Assembly (NCBI GenBank): GCA_013335095.1
Contig: JAAXWF010000002.1
Span: 205,566 to 269,565, forward strand
Length of the DNA: 64,000 nucleotides
Origin: a candidate division WWE3 bacterium
GTDB taxonomy: Bacteria > Patescibacteriota > 4484-211 > GCA-002791395
Reading direction: 5' to 3'
The notes under the pieces were generated by a model. It was not told the DNA's origin and made no database searches. It was given only the letters and a program-made list of their open reading frames with translations. The position numbers and the translations under genes are program-made. Of this stretch, positions 9,604 through 18,581 are shown one piece after another (position 1 is the first letter of the stretch; every line of letters starts with the position of its first letter).

Positions 9604-10332
9604 ATGCTCACACGATCGGTGGATATGTCGCTGTCATGGAGCCCGGAAGTAAGTCATTTTGCCAGGCTCATGACCATCGGAATAAACCCGAGGATAAAGA
9701 TCGACGAGCTTCTTGGGGTTCTCGTGAGTGGCTATTTGGAACTTCTTGGGCAATCATTATTTGCCCAGAAGGATGGTGGTAAAACATATGTCGCCCTGAT
9801 CGCTGATCAGGAAGTACCACGACATACGATCGACTATACGAGACAATGCATCAATGTCACCCTTACCCCAGCGGGGCTTTTGGCACTTGAAGTACTACGG
9901 CATAAACTCGGCCAGGAGTGGCTGAGGGTCTCGATCGAACTGCTGATAAGTCAGTTAATAATCCGAACTGGAGTTCTTGCCGGAACGCCAGAAAACAGGC
10001 TTCGCCAACGGTTTCGCTGGCTTACACAACTGGCAAAGTCGGTTACGTCAGACACCATTCTTGGTCCCAATGATTTGTGGCCAGGGATGATCATTGGGGG
10101 TGAATATCTCGTCATCGGTCCTCCCGAAAGCTTTATGACGTGGAGGCCGGATGATCACTACGGTAGTCCGAATGTTGTTCTGCAGGATACCGGTACCGTC
10201 TTTAGCCTCACGCACCAAGGAATGATGATCACGTGCGCCACAACTTTCGCCCAAAAAAAGGACGACCATGACCTGGGGTCCTACGTAAACATAGGGCGGG
10301 AGCTCGTGCTTCCCGCAATCACAATAGTGTAA
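9604..10332 (+). CDS. hypothetical protein (GC-rich, approx 52% GC)
   Basis: Long ORF with RBS AGGAGG 8 nt upstream of ATG 9604. No recognisable domain. Composition differs from surrounding genes. Confidence 0.35.
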   Translation: MLTRSVDMSLSWSPEVSHFARLMTIGINPRIKIDELLGVLVSGYLELLGQSLFAQKDGGKTYVALIADQEVPRHTIDYTRQCINVTLTPAGLLALEVLRHKLGQEWLRVSIELLISQLIIRTGVLAGTPENRLRQRFRWLTQLAKSVTSDTILGPNDLWPGMIIGGEYLVIGPPESFMTWRPDDHYGSPNVVLQDTGTVFSLTHQGMMITCATTFAQKKDDHDLGSYVNIGRELVLPAITIV

Positions 10333-10449
10333 ACATCACGAGCAGATGGAATTTCTATCTGCTCTTTTCATATAACTCCCATTAAAGTCATAAAAAGCTG
10401 ATACAATACACTCGTTTCAGCACGATGTGGTAAGACGAGGAGGGCGTAG

Positions 10450-10755
10450 ATGCTCATCACCATGGCATCGGATTATCCGATAGGAACGATCGTTCATGAT
10501 AGATTCTGTGTGGTTGGACCACCAATTGAGGTTGCTGAGTGGCGATTAACTCACGCAGTGGGGTCTATAGTCGTAAATACCAGGACCGGAACGGTAATCA
10601 AACTCACTGATCATCCGATCCGCATCGAAATAGTCGCAACGGACACGTTTGCTGAGTCGATAGGAATTGGACCAGGAACAATCCTCCCCATCACCGACGA
10701 TGTGCTGGTTGCACCGGTAGAAGCGGTCGAGATCGCCGAAAACGTTAACGGATAA
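10450..10755 (+). CDS. hypothetical protein
   Basis: ORF with RBS-like GAGGAGGG upstream. No recognisable motif. Confidence 0.3.
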   Translation: MLITMASDYPIGTIVHDRFCVVGPPIEVAEWRLTHAVGSIVVNTRTGTVIKLTDHPIRIEIVATDTFAESIGIGPGTILPITDDVLVAPVEAVEIAENVNG

Positions 10756-10798
10756 AAAATACGCATAGACACCGGGAGTAGAAATACTTCCGGTGATA

Positions 10799-11422
10799 TT
10801 AATGAAGGCCCAAGCTTTGAGATAATCGGTTTTTATCAAATCCAATAATGAATTCAGAATCGGCGTCGGTGTAGGTGATTTCGGTAACAGGTACTCCCAT
10901 TTGTCCGGTCTTTTTTACCATTTCTTCGGCGGCTTCACGACTCTGATCTACGTACACTACTTCGTGATCAATTTCTTTCTCATCAAGCCATTTCTTTTCC
11001 ATCACGCAATACGGACAGGTTTGAGTTGAATACAAAATAACTTTCTCAGGCTTTAGAGCTTCGACCTTGGCGGCGGTGTGCACAACTTCACGAAGTAGAT
11101 TATCAAACGTTGCAACGAGTGGAGATAATTCTGGCCGGCGAACAACCATCCCAACAAGTTCGGCCAAACCAACCCCAACCGAAACGGTATTAGAATCATT
11201 TAATACCGTAACAAGAGAGGGGATAAGCCCAATTGCATTTTTGTCGATCTTGATAATTTGCTCAAAAATTTCTGGATGGACAATTGATAATAATTCACCG
11301 TGTTGATTTGATAAAGTGGTCGCACCGACAACTACAAATCCGCTCTTTTCCAACGCGATGCGTGTTTGCTGAAGTGTTTCGCTAAATGATTGTGTACTGT
11401 TTCGATAATATGCAATATTCAT
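10799..11422 (-). CDS. DUF302 domain fused to C-terminal glutaredoxin-like (CPYC) domain
   Basis: C-terminal VILYSTQTCPYCVMEKKWLDEKEIDHEVVYVDQ...GQMGVPVTEI is a classic Grx/NrdH fold with a CPYC active site. The N-terminal approx 120 aa resembles DUF302 (from memory). 5 nt downstream of arsR in the same orientation. Confidence 0.5.
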   Translation of the reverse strand: MNIAYYRNSTQSFSETLQQTRIALEKSGFVVVGATTLSNQHGELLSIVHPEIFEQIIKIDKNAIGLIPSLVTVLNDSNTVSVGVGLAELVGMVVRRPELSPLVATFDNLLREVVHTAAKVEALKPEKVILYSTQTCPYCVMEKKWLDEKEIDHEVVYVDQSREAAEEMVKKTGQMGVPVTEITYTDADSEFIIGFDKNRLSQSLGLH

Positions 11423-11426
11423 AAAT

Positions 11427-11699
11427 TTATTCTGTTTGTGTTGTTATAAAATCTAAAAGCTGTTTGCTCACCGTTACCAAAGATTGATCGGCGATTTCAT
11501 AATACATTTCTCGACCATCTCGCGTGGCTTTTATTAGTCCCGCCTCCCGCAACTTCTCAAGATGTTGAGATACGGCTGATTGAGCCAGTCCACAATGATT
11601 GATCAGCTCGGTAACATTTTTCTTCCGTTCATCTAAGCACAAAATCAGCCGCAATCTTGTTTCGTTGGCTAATGCTTTTAGACGGACGTTGTGTTCCAC
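11427..11699 (-). CDS. arsR: ArsR/SmtB family metalloregulator
   Basis: ETRLRLILCL...VTELINHCGLAQSAVSQHLEKLREAGLI is a canonical ArsR wHTH with a Cys in helix a3 (metal site). Start codon appears to be GTG. Confidence 0.85.
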   Translation of the reverse strand: MEHNVRLKALANETRLRLILCLDERKKNVTELINHCGLAQSAVSQHLEKLREAGLIKATRDGREMYYEIADQSLVTVSKQLLDFITTQTE

Positions 11700-11700
11700 T

Positions 11701-11730
11701 ACAAAATATTAGCACCTACTAATATTTTGT
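11701..11730. promoter_or_regulatory. perfect 12-6-12 inverted repeat ACAAAATATTAG-n6-CTAATATTTTGT; candidate ArsR operator
   Basis: Seen directly. Abuts the arsR start and lies in the divergent region towards 11851. ArsR/SmtB operators are 12-2-12-like palindromes overlapping their own promoter. Confidence 0.5.
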
Positions 11731-11850
11731 CAACAACCACTTTAACGCATATGTGATACACATCACATTCCACGATGCCTAAAAATTTGTATAATATGCT
11801 CGCTTTAGCCGCTTTGAAGAAGGGATAGCAAAATACCACAGGAGGCAGCG

Positions 11851-12339
11851 ATGACTGCAACAGTATTAGTGGACAACGCATCTCGCGTATGGCCGTTCGA
11901 GCTCGCCGAAAGCGATATCGAATGTGATGTAGGATGCTGCCTAAACATCGCCCATGCATTTTTCGTAAGGTGCCTAGGAGCCCAGATTGTCGTTCCGATT
12001 GCGGAACGGGAAGGCCAAGCGATCTCGGTAATTCAGCTCCCTGACGGCCAGCGACTGGTTTTAACACCTCGGTGCAGTTGTGAGTTTGTCACCACATCGT
12101 GGCGCACACCAGATCCGCAGCTGCTGATCGTTGAGCTGAACGATCCTCGCCATGCGTGGGTCAGGATCGTCGAGTGGACAACGGCTGTCTTTGGTAATAC
12201 CAATCATGAGCACGGCGGCAATCACGAGCAAACCTATGACTGGCAGGATCTGCCAGGAGATGCGTTTGAGATCGCGATTTACCCGCTCATGAATCGGAAA
12301 CTTGTACTGGTACCAGCACGTGGAGGTGCAACGTGTTAA
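11851..12339 (+). CDS. hypothetical protein (GC-rich)
   Basis: ORF preceded by TTGTATAAT-like -10 and AGGAGG RBS. The R-rich ORFs on the opposite strand look like antisense artefacts. Confidence 0.3.
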   Translation: MTATVLVDNASRVWPFELAESDIECDVGCCLNIAHAFFVRCLGAQIVVPIAEREGQAISVIQLPDGQRLVLTPRCSCEFVTTSWRTPDPQLLIVELNDPRHAWVRIVEWTTAVFGNTNHEHGGNHEQTYDWQDLPGDAFEIAIYPLMNRKLVLVPARGGATC

Positions 12340-12650
12340 TGCCTCGCCCCATTCAAGGTGTTTTAAACACCCTGCGTTCACGGATTGACCAGGCCGATCA
12401 AGCATTGATCGCCGGGTTAACCGAAGCAACGTTAACAACAGCGCATATGTATGAGCGCTGGTTTGGGCCTGGTGTAATATGGATCGATCCACGGACAAAG
12501 GAGACCGTGTTTCGAACCTGGTGGGAACTGGCACAGTGTCGGCTTAAAGTCGGCAATTTGCCACAGGGCTATCAGGTGGGTCGCGAAACCCTGTATATGG
12601 TCCGGCACTGGTGGGGCGGCGTATCGCTCTACCGAGTAGCCAACCAATAA
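12333..12650 (+). CDS. hypothetical protein (GC-rich), overlaps upstream ORF end
   Basis: Tandem ORF overlapping the previous stop. No recognisable motif. Confidence 0.25.
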   Translation: MLMPRPIQGVLNTLRSRIDQADQALIAGLTEATLTTAHMYERWFGPGVIWIDPRTKETVFRTWWELAQCRLKVGNLPQGYQVGRETLYMVRHWWGGVSLYRVANQ

Positions 12651-12797
12651 CAGGTAAGTTAAGCGGTAAACGATATAAAAATTCATAGGATGGGGGATAA
12701 TCTCCCATCCTTTTTGTTATGCGTTTAATTTCCACTATAAGTATGCACAGTTACAGCTTTTATCGACAATCCACCTAAGGACTGATAGTATAAATCG

Positions 12798-14636
12798 ATG
12801 GACGAAGGTTCTCGTCGATTTGAACAAAGACCTCAGCAAGATCAGATAGAGTCAAAAGAAAAATTGATTGAAGAACCGATTGAAGAGCAATCACCTGAAG
12901 AGGCTCCTCACCCTGAAGATCCTAAATGGTGGTATTTACAGCCTTCACCGCAACCATTTCGCGCAGAGCCGGATTTACAGCTTTTAAAATATTCTCGTCC
13001 CTTAGAAAAAGACTCACCAACATATGAACTAGAGCGCCGAGCATATCGAATGAAGATCGAAGAATATAAGCGCAAACTATTATCCCAAAAAGAAGCAGTG
13101 ATTAATTTAGTCCATACAATTCGGGGACGGTCACAAAATGGAGTGCAGATATCCGCCACCGAGTTAAGAGAGTTAGCCCAGCAAGCGGTTACAGAAGGAC
13201 GAATATCGATCGATGAAGCCGCACCGATCGAAAGAGGGATTCAGAATGTGTGGACGCAGCAAGAAGCGGTTCGACAAGCCCATGAACAGTATCCTGAACC
13301 GAATGACTTATTTCGCGCATGCTTTATGATTGAACCGATAGGCAAAGTGGATCTAGTACGATCGGGCTTATCAATTAATTTTGTATTAGACCGCAAAGAT
13401 TTTGACCGAGTCGCTAATCTTAAAAGAAACGCAGACGGTACCTATTCGGTGGCCGAGTCGAGTACGATCACTCCATCAACGACTTTAGGTACGGCATTTA
13501 TACTTTCGAAGCCGCCAATCGAAGGGTTGGAACAGGCGGTGACGATCATCGCGCGAGATAGCGGCGTGATATCGGAGCAAATAACAACTGAGATTATTGA
13601 CCAAGAAGAACGAACGTTTCCAATACATGGGCAGGGGCGCTTCTCGGGAGGCTCATTTTTTGATGAGCATAGGAACCGTGCCGTATTTGTAACCAGTAGC
13701 AGGGATGGAGTTACCACGGATTTTATTTGGGCCAGTACTTCGCGTCCAGGCGAACAGTCGGATCTTCATAAGTATCGACGAATACAGGTAGACGATGCAT
13801 TTACGTGGCAGGAATATACAAGTGATGACCAAGGTAATGAAACAATTGTTGGGACATACAACGAGATAACGACTCCACTTGATCCTCAAAATCCAGAAGC
13901 GGGGATGATAACAATATCAGATGAAGCTATGACGGTGCACGGAGATGGGTCAAAAGAGATAAATGCGTTTGAAAAAGTAGCTTACGTTACGTACGATGAT
14001 ACTAAATTGCACGAAGAGCAACATCACATTAATAAGATGTTTAAACCTCACGAATCCAATCCGCGGGAAAATCCGATGAATTCAGCAGAATTAGTCGCGA
14101 CTCGATATGAAACTGCTGACGAACAACTTCAGGCTTTAGTAGAGAGAATCGCAAATTATGAACGCCGTCGTCAGTTGTCGGTTACAACTCGCGGGAGAGA
14201 TGAGTTATTGGCGATGTTGGCTGGTGGGGACAATGCCGATTTTATTGAGGCAACATTAACACTTCCAGATGGACCATATGACTATGCCAGGACAAATCAT
14301 TCAGTGTCGGGACAGCGCTGGCAAATAGTGGCAGATTCGCACAGATTTTATGCAGATTTAAATTTTGAACGTAAGAAGCAAGGACAACCAGAGTTAAATC
14401 AGGAAGGATTTTCGCGAGATGATTTTAAGCAACGATTAATTGAGGCAATTGATCATGACTGGTCCGAAGGTTATTTTGAAGATGTTAAAGAGTGGTGTGG
14501 AGCGGTTAAGCGAATGGAGGCAAAAGGGTATTCGCGTGATGAGGTGGTTGATATTTTGTATACCGAGCCAACGAAACGTTGGGTCGCCTTGAGTCGTCGG
14601 CTGCCTGATCAGAATCCAACAACTTCACAACCTTAA
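12798..14636 (+). CDS. large hypothetical cytoplasmic protein (612 aa), acidic N-terminus
   Basis: Long uninterrupted ORF with no TM or signal peptide and no recognisable catalytic motif. Converges on and overlaps the GNAT-like gene by 4 nt. Confidence 0.45.
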   Translation: MDEGSRRFEQRPQQDQIESKEKLIEEPIEEQSPEEAPHPEDPKWWYLQPSPQPFRAEPDLQLLKYSRPLEKDSPTYELERRAYRMKIEEYKRKLLSQKEAVINLVHTIRGRSQNGVQISATELRELAQQAVTEGRISIDEAAPIERGIQNVWTQQEAVRQAHEQYPEPNDLFRACFMIEPIGKVDLVRSGLSINFVLDRKDFDRVANLKRNADGTYSVAESSTITPSTTLGTAFILSKPPIEGLEQAVTIIARDSGVISEQITTEIIDQEERTFPIHGQGRFSGGSFFDEHRNRAVFVTSSRDGVTTDFIWASTSRPGEQSDLHKYRRIQVDDAFTWQEYTSDDQGNETIVGTYNEITTPLDPQNPEAGMITISDEAMTVHGDGSKEINAFEKVAYVTYDDTKLHEEQHHINKMFKPHESNPRENPMNSAELVATRYETADEQLQALVERIANYERRRQLSVTTRGRDELLAMLAGGDNADFIEATLTLPDGPYDYARTNHSVSGQRWQIVADSHRFYADLNFERKKQGQPELNQEGFSRDDFKQRLIEAIDHDWSEGYFEDVKEWCGAVKRMEAKGYSRDEVVDILYTEPTKRWVALSRRLPDQNPTTSQP

Positions 14637-15466
14637 GCAGCAGATATGTATGCCGGTGGAGTTTTCTTTCCTTGGTTTTGTTCGTGGACAATTTGATGGA
14701 GTTTTTCCCAATCGAGTCGATACATGAGTCTGTTTGGTTTATTGATGGCATCTTGGAGTATGAATCCTGATTTTTCTACGATTCGTTTTGATGCGTCGTT
14801 TTGGGGGTCGATGTAGGCGATTACTTCGGTGATGGGGTGTGAGTAGCGTTGCGTTAGTTCGGCTTCGAAGGTTTGTCGATCGGCTAGTTCATCTTCGATG
14901 GTGTACTGGGGATTTTCGGTGCGTTTTTGCTGAAGTTGTTTTTCAAATTTGGCTTTTGCGTTTGATTCACGTTTTACGTCTCCAAGAGCAGTGGCGCGGG
15001 ATAGCATTAAGCACGATGCAATGACTCCGTCAACCATGCTGCCGCCGTGACTTTCGGGAGCACGGGCGTAGGTGATCGAGAAGACCGGAGTTTCTTCTGG
15101 TTCGATGTCTTGTTTTTCGGCGAGGTATCGTTTGGTTTGGAGGTCGGGAGCAAAGTAGACGATGCCGTCGATTTCACCGGTATGCTCGGTGGATTGTTCG
15201 GGAGTTTCGGTTACGGCGTAGCTTATGATGCCGGCTTCATCACTGGCGATCATTTGTTGAACTTCGTCGCTTAATGGTTCGCCTAAAAACTGTTCGGCGT
15301 TTGGGCTGCTAAATGATTCATGCATCCGGCGCATATCCTCGGGGTTTGAGGCATCGATTCGGCGTACAGCGGCCCGACCGACTCCAACAAATTCCCACTG
15401 AGTGCGTGGCTTTTCGGTCGATGATTCCTGTTTTGATTCTGGGGATTTGTATGTTTCGTTGTGCAT
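14633..15466 (-). CDS. GNAT-like acetyltransferase domain protein (tentative)
   Basis: C-terminal IAYIDPQNDASKRIVEKSGF resembles the GNAT motif (N..S.R..EK.GF). The remainder is diverged. The + strand ORFs here are G/F/V-rich antisense artefacts. Confidence 0.35.
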   Translation of the reverse strand: MHNETYKSPESKQESSTEKPRTQWEFVGVGRAAVRRIDASNPEDMRRMHESFSSPNAEQFLGEPLSDEVQQMIASDEAGIISYAVTETPEQSTEHTGEIDGIVYFAPDLQTKRYLAEKQDIEPEETPVFSITYARAPESHGGSMVDGVIASCLMLSRATALGDVKRESNAKAKFEKQLQQKRTENPQYTIEDELADRQTFEAELTQRYSHPITEVIAYIDPQNDASKRIVEKSGFILQDAINKPNRLMYRLDWEKLHQIVHEQNQGKKTPPAYISAA

Positions 15467-15560
15467 AGTATTTATCCTACACCTTTATGCACATGAGAGT
15501 GCTCGTCGGTTTTTTATAGTACGATAGTAAATAACAATAAAAGGGAGTACTATAAAGACA

Positions 15561-16112
15561 ATGCTCCTCCCTTCTAAATGGATGTATGGTTTGATTGGTT
15601 TTTCGATACTTACAATAACTCTTGTTTCAGGTGCGATATATAAACAAAGTACAAATAATACGGAACAAGAACCACTACATCAAACAGAATCAAAAATCCA
15701 AGGGTTGCGTACGGTAAATAATGACAGTGATTCTGGAGATAGTGCACAGGATATTGATGAGAGTGCCATAGAACAAGACTCCCTTGAACCTACAATTACG
15801 GATATGCCCACCATAACGCCGATCCCAACCGATCAACCACCAACAGTTACGGCGATAAATACTCCAGTACCGACCAATACCCCGAGACTACAACCGACTG
15901 CAATCCCAACAGTAGTACCGACGAATACACCACGTCCGATTGAGCCAACGGCAAGACAAGCTGCGTATGTGTGTGACTGTAGTAAAACGTGTAAACAAAT
16001 TAGCACTTGCCAAGAAGCGCAATATCAATTGACCACGTGTAACTGCACCGCTAGAGATGGTGATGATGATGGAATTGCTTGCGACGGTGCGCCTCTGAAT
16101 TGTCAAAGATAA
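15561..16112 (+). CDS. membrane-anchored PT-rich protein with C-terminal Excalibur Ca-binding domain
   Basis: C-terminus CKQISTCQEAQYQLTTCNCTARDGDDDGIACDG matches the Excalibur signature (C...AQ...D.DGDG.ACE). Confidence 0.5.
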   Translation: MLLPSKWMYGLIGFSILTITLVSGAIYKQSTNNTEQEPLHQTESKIQGLRTVNNDSDSGDSAQDIDESAIEQDSLEPTITDMPTITPIPTDQPPTVTAINTPVPTNTPRLQPTAIPTVVPTNTPRPIEPTARQAAYVCDCSKTCKQISTCQEAQYQLTTCNCTARDGDDDGIACDGAPLNCQR

Positions 16113-16130
16113 AGTGTATAATCCCAAATA

Positions 16131-16490
16131 ATGAGTTCAAGTAATGACCAATTAACTTTACGAATTCGTCGAATCATTGATTTTAGAGATGCTCGTGACT
16201 GGAAGCAGTTTCATAATCCAAAAGATATATCAATTTCTCTTGTTCTTGAAGCGACCGAAGTCTTGGAACATTTTCAATGGAAAAATAAAGAAGAGATGGA
16301 AGAACACATTAAAAAAAATAAAGATTCTATAGGGGAGGAACTTGCCGATGTACTCTACTGGATTCTATTGATGTGCCATGATCTTAAAATAGATATATTA
16401 GCTGCACTTGACGATAAACTAAAAAAAAATGAACAAAAATACCCAGTAGAAAAGGCAAGAGGAAACCATACCAAATACAACAAGTTATGA
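16131..16490 (+). CDS. MazG-like nucleotide pyrophosphohydrolase (all-alpha NTP-PPase)
   Basis: ARDWKQFHNPKDISISLVLEATEVLEHFQWK...EELADVLYWILLMCHDLKIDI carries the EExx(E/D) metal-binding helix pair typical of the small MazG/HisE-like family. A TGTATAAT element sits only 8 nt before the ATG (possible leaderless start). Stop overlaps the next start (ATGA). Confidence 0.8.
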   Translation: MSSSNDQLTLRIRRIIDFRDARDWKQFHNPKDISISLVLEATEVLEHFQWKNKEEMEEHIKKNKDSIGEELADVLYWILLMCHDLKIDILAALDDKLKKNEQKYPVEKARGNHTKYNKL

Positions 16491-18343
16491 TACTTTACCA
16501 AGGTTTAGTAAGCGAATTCACAGAGATAATCGAAAATAACCAAATAATACCTACACTTGAAAAAGAATTTAAAAACAAACTTGGTAGAAAATTACCACCG
16601 AATGAATTTAGTGCCTATACGAACTCGTTATCATTTATAGAAAGAATAATCCGTAAATCAAAGGTAGAGAGTAATTGTGGTGTTTTAATTGAATATATTA
16701 TTCCTTCGACTTCAAATCGAATAGATTTCATAATTACGGGATTGAATCAAAATAAAGCAGAAAACTTTATAATTATTGAACTGAAGCAATGGCAGCAAGC
16801 TGAGGCAACAGAACTTGAAAGTTTAGTAACGACGATGTTAGGAGGGAAATTTAAGGATACAGTTCATCCAAGTTATCAAGCGTCATCGTATAAACAGTTC
16901 TTAAATGATTTTAACCCTCACATCTCAGATGGATCCGTTATAGCGAATGCTTGTGCGTACTTACATAATTATCGAAGAAGTGAATACGAACCGCTATTAG
17001 AGCCCCAATATTCCCACGTTGTGAAAGATGCGCCCCTATTCTTTCAGGGGGACACGGATAAGCTAGCCGATTATATAAATGGTAAAGTGGGCTTAGGAAA
17101 CGGGGCTGCGATCATAGACAAAATAGAGCATGGACCGACTAAACCAAGTAAAAAGCTGATTTCTCATGTATCAAAAATAATAAAAGGTAACAAGGAATTT
17201 ATTTTATTAGATGATCAAAAAGTCGCCTATGAAAAAGCATTGTATTTCGCTCGAAAACCAGAAGATAAATCAGTAATAATAATAAAAGGCGGTCCAGGAA
17301 CAGGAAAATCGGTTATTGCAGTAAATTTACTCGCACAATTATTGAAAGATCAAAGGAATGCTATTTTTGTTGCACCAAATGCATCATTTAGAGAGGTTTT
17401 AGTAAAAAAGCTGGCCCAAGAACATTCGCTAATACGTTTGAAAAATTTATTTAAAGGCTCTAGCGGTTTTGTCGAGATTGAACCAAATACATTTGACGCA
17501 TTAATTGTTGATGAGGCACATCGGCTCAAGCAAAAAGGCGCATTTATGTATCATGGCGATAATCAAATAGAGGATATCGTTAGAAAGTCTAAAACTTCTG
17601 TATTCTTCATTGATGATGATCAGATCATCAGGCCGGATGATGTTGGATCTGTTTCCGAAATTAAAAAAATTGCAGAATTGTATGATGCTAAGGTAGAGGA
17701 GATTGAATTAACAGCACAATTTCGATGCTCTGGAGCTGAGGGCTACATTAACTGGATTAATGATGTTTTACATATAAAAGAGACTGCAAACTTCAATGGT
17801 TGGGATAAATCAACGTTTGATTTTAAAATATTTGACGACCCTAATGAGTTACGTCAAGCAATATTAGAAAAACATAACCAAGGTAACTATTCTCGTATTT
17901 TAGCAGGATATGCGTGGAAATGGTCTTTAGCTAATGAAGGTAATGGAAATGCTGAGATAGAAGATATTGAAATACCTGAATTTGACTTTAAAATGCCTTG
18001 GAACTCAAGGAAGGTCGGTTCGACATGGGCTTTGGATACAGACGGAATCCATCAAGCAGGTTGTATCCATACATCCCAAGGCCTAGAGTTTGACTATGTA
18101 GGTGTCATTGTCGGTAAGGATTTAACTTTCAGTTTTGACACGTATTCATACTCAACGAGCGTGATTGAATATAAAGATGTTGCTGGTAAAAAAGGATTAA
18201 AAGATAGACCTGATGAACTAAATAAATATGTCCGCAACATATATAAAACATTAATGACGCGAGGAATAAAAGGATGCTACGTCTATTTCATGGATGTAAA
18301 TGTAAAAAATCATTTTAAAAATAGGCTTCAAAACTCGCATTAA
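16487..18343 (+). CDS. DUF2075-type protein: N-terminal PD-(D/E)xK-like nuclease-fold region plus P-loop ATPase (Schlafen-helicase-like)
   Basis: N-terminal RIDFIITG...NFIIIELKQW is a D...ExK-like motif. Walker A IIKGGPGTGKS and Walker B LIVDEAHRL are present. Overall architecture and length match DUF2075 (from memory). Hairpin terminator follows immediately. Confidence 0.7.
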   Translation: MILYQGLVSEFTEIIENNQIIPTLEKEFKNKLGRKLPPNEFSAYTNSLSFIERIIRKSKVESNCGVLIEYIIPSTSNRIDFIITGLNQNKAENFIIIELKQWQQAEATELESLVTTMLGGKFKDTVHPSYQASSYKQFLNDFNPHISDGSVIANACAYLHNYRRSEYEPLLEPQYSHVVKDAPLFFQGDTDKLADYINGKVGLGNGAAIIDKIEHGPTKPSKKLISHVSKIIKGNKEFILLDDQKVAYEKALYFARKPEDKSVIIIKGGPGTGKSVIAVNLLAQLLKDQRNAIFVAPNASFREVLVKKLAQEHSLIRLKNLFKGSSGFVEIEPNTFDALIVDEAHRLKQKGAFMYHGDNQIEDIVRKSKTSVFFIDDDQIIRPDDVGSVSEIKKIAELYDAKVEEIELTAQFRCSGAEGYINWINDVLHIKETANFNGWDKSTFDFKIFDDPNELRQAILEKHNQGNYSRILAGYAWKWSLANEGNGNAEIEDIEIPEFDFKMPWNSRKVGSTWALDTDGIHQAGCIHTSQGLEFDYVGVIVGKDLTFSFDTYSYSTSVIEYKDVAGKKGLKDRPDELNKYVRNIYKTLMTRGIKGCYVYFMDVNVKNHFKNRLQNSH

Positions 18344-18361
18344 ATAATCAAGCCCACAAAA

Positions 18362-18382
18362 AAAGCCCAATAAGGGCTTTTT
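18362..18382 (+). terminator. rho-independent terminator (AAAAGCCC-AATAA-GGGCTTTTT)
   Basis: Stem-loop followed by a T-run directly after the DUF2075 stop. Confidence 0.6.
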
Positions 18383-18504
18383 CCGACCACGTTCCTAGGT
18401 AGGATGTCCCAACCACGCCACCGTCCGGTGACAGTTCGGAATACAGGTCTTTGTAATTATCATTATAAAGTATTGTGGCAAAGCCCAAACTAATCCCATA
18501 GCAT

Positions 18505-18533
18505 TTGACGGCTCACAACTCCCATACTATAAT
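18505..18533 (+). promoter_or_regulatory. consensus sigma70-type promoter TTGACG-17nt-TATAAT
   Basis: Perfect -35/-10 hexamers with a 17-nt spacer, seen directly. Positioned approx 45 nt upstream of ATG 18582, which has a GGGAGGG RBS. Confidence 0.5.
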
Positions 18534-18581
18534 CAATTGACCGATTTTCGTGGGCATTCGTGCCCCTACACGGGAGGGATT

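Noticed and set aside
11699-12534. Minus-strand ORFs 11699..12067 and 12061..12534 in the GC-rich segment
   Set aside because: Arg-rich antisense-type translations. The + strand ORFs carry a promoter and RBS, although all calls here are low confidence.
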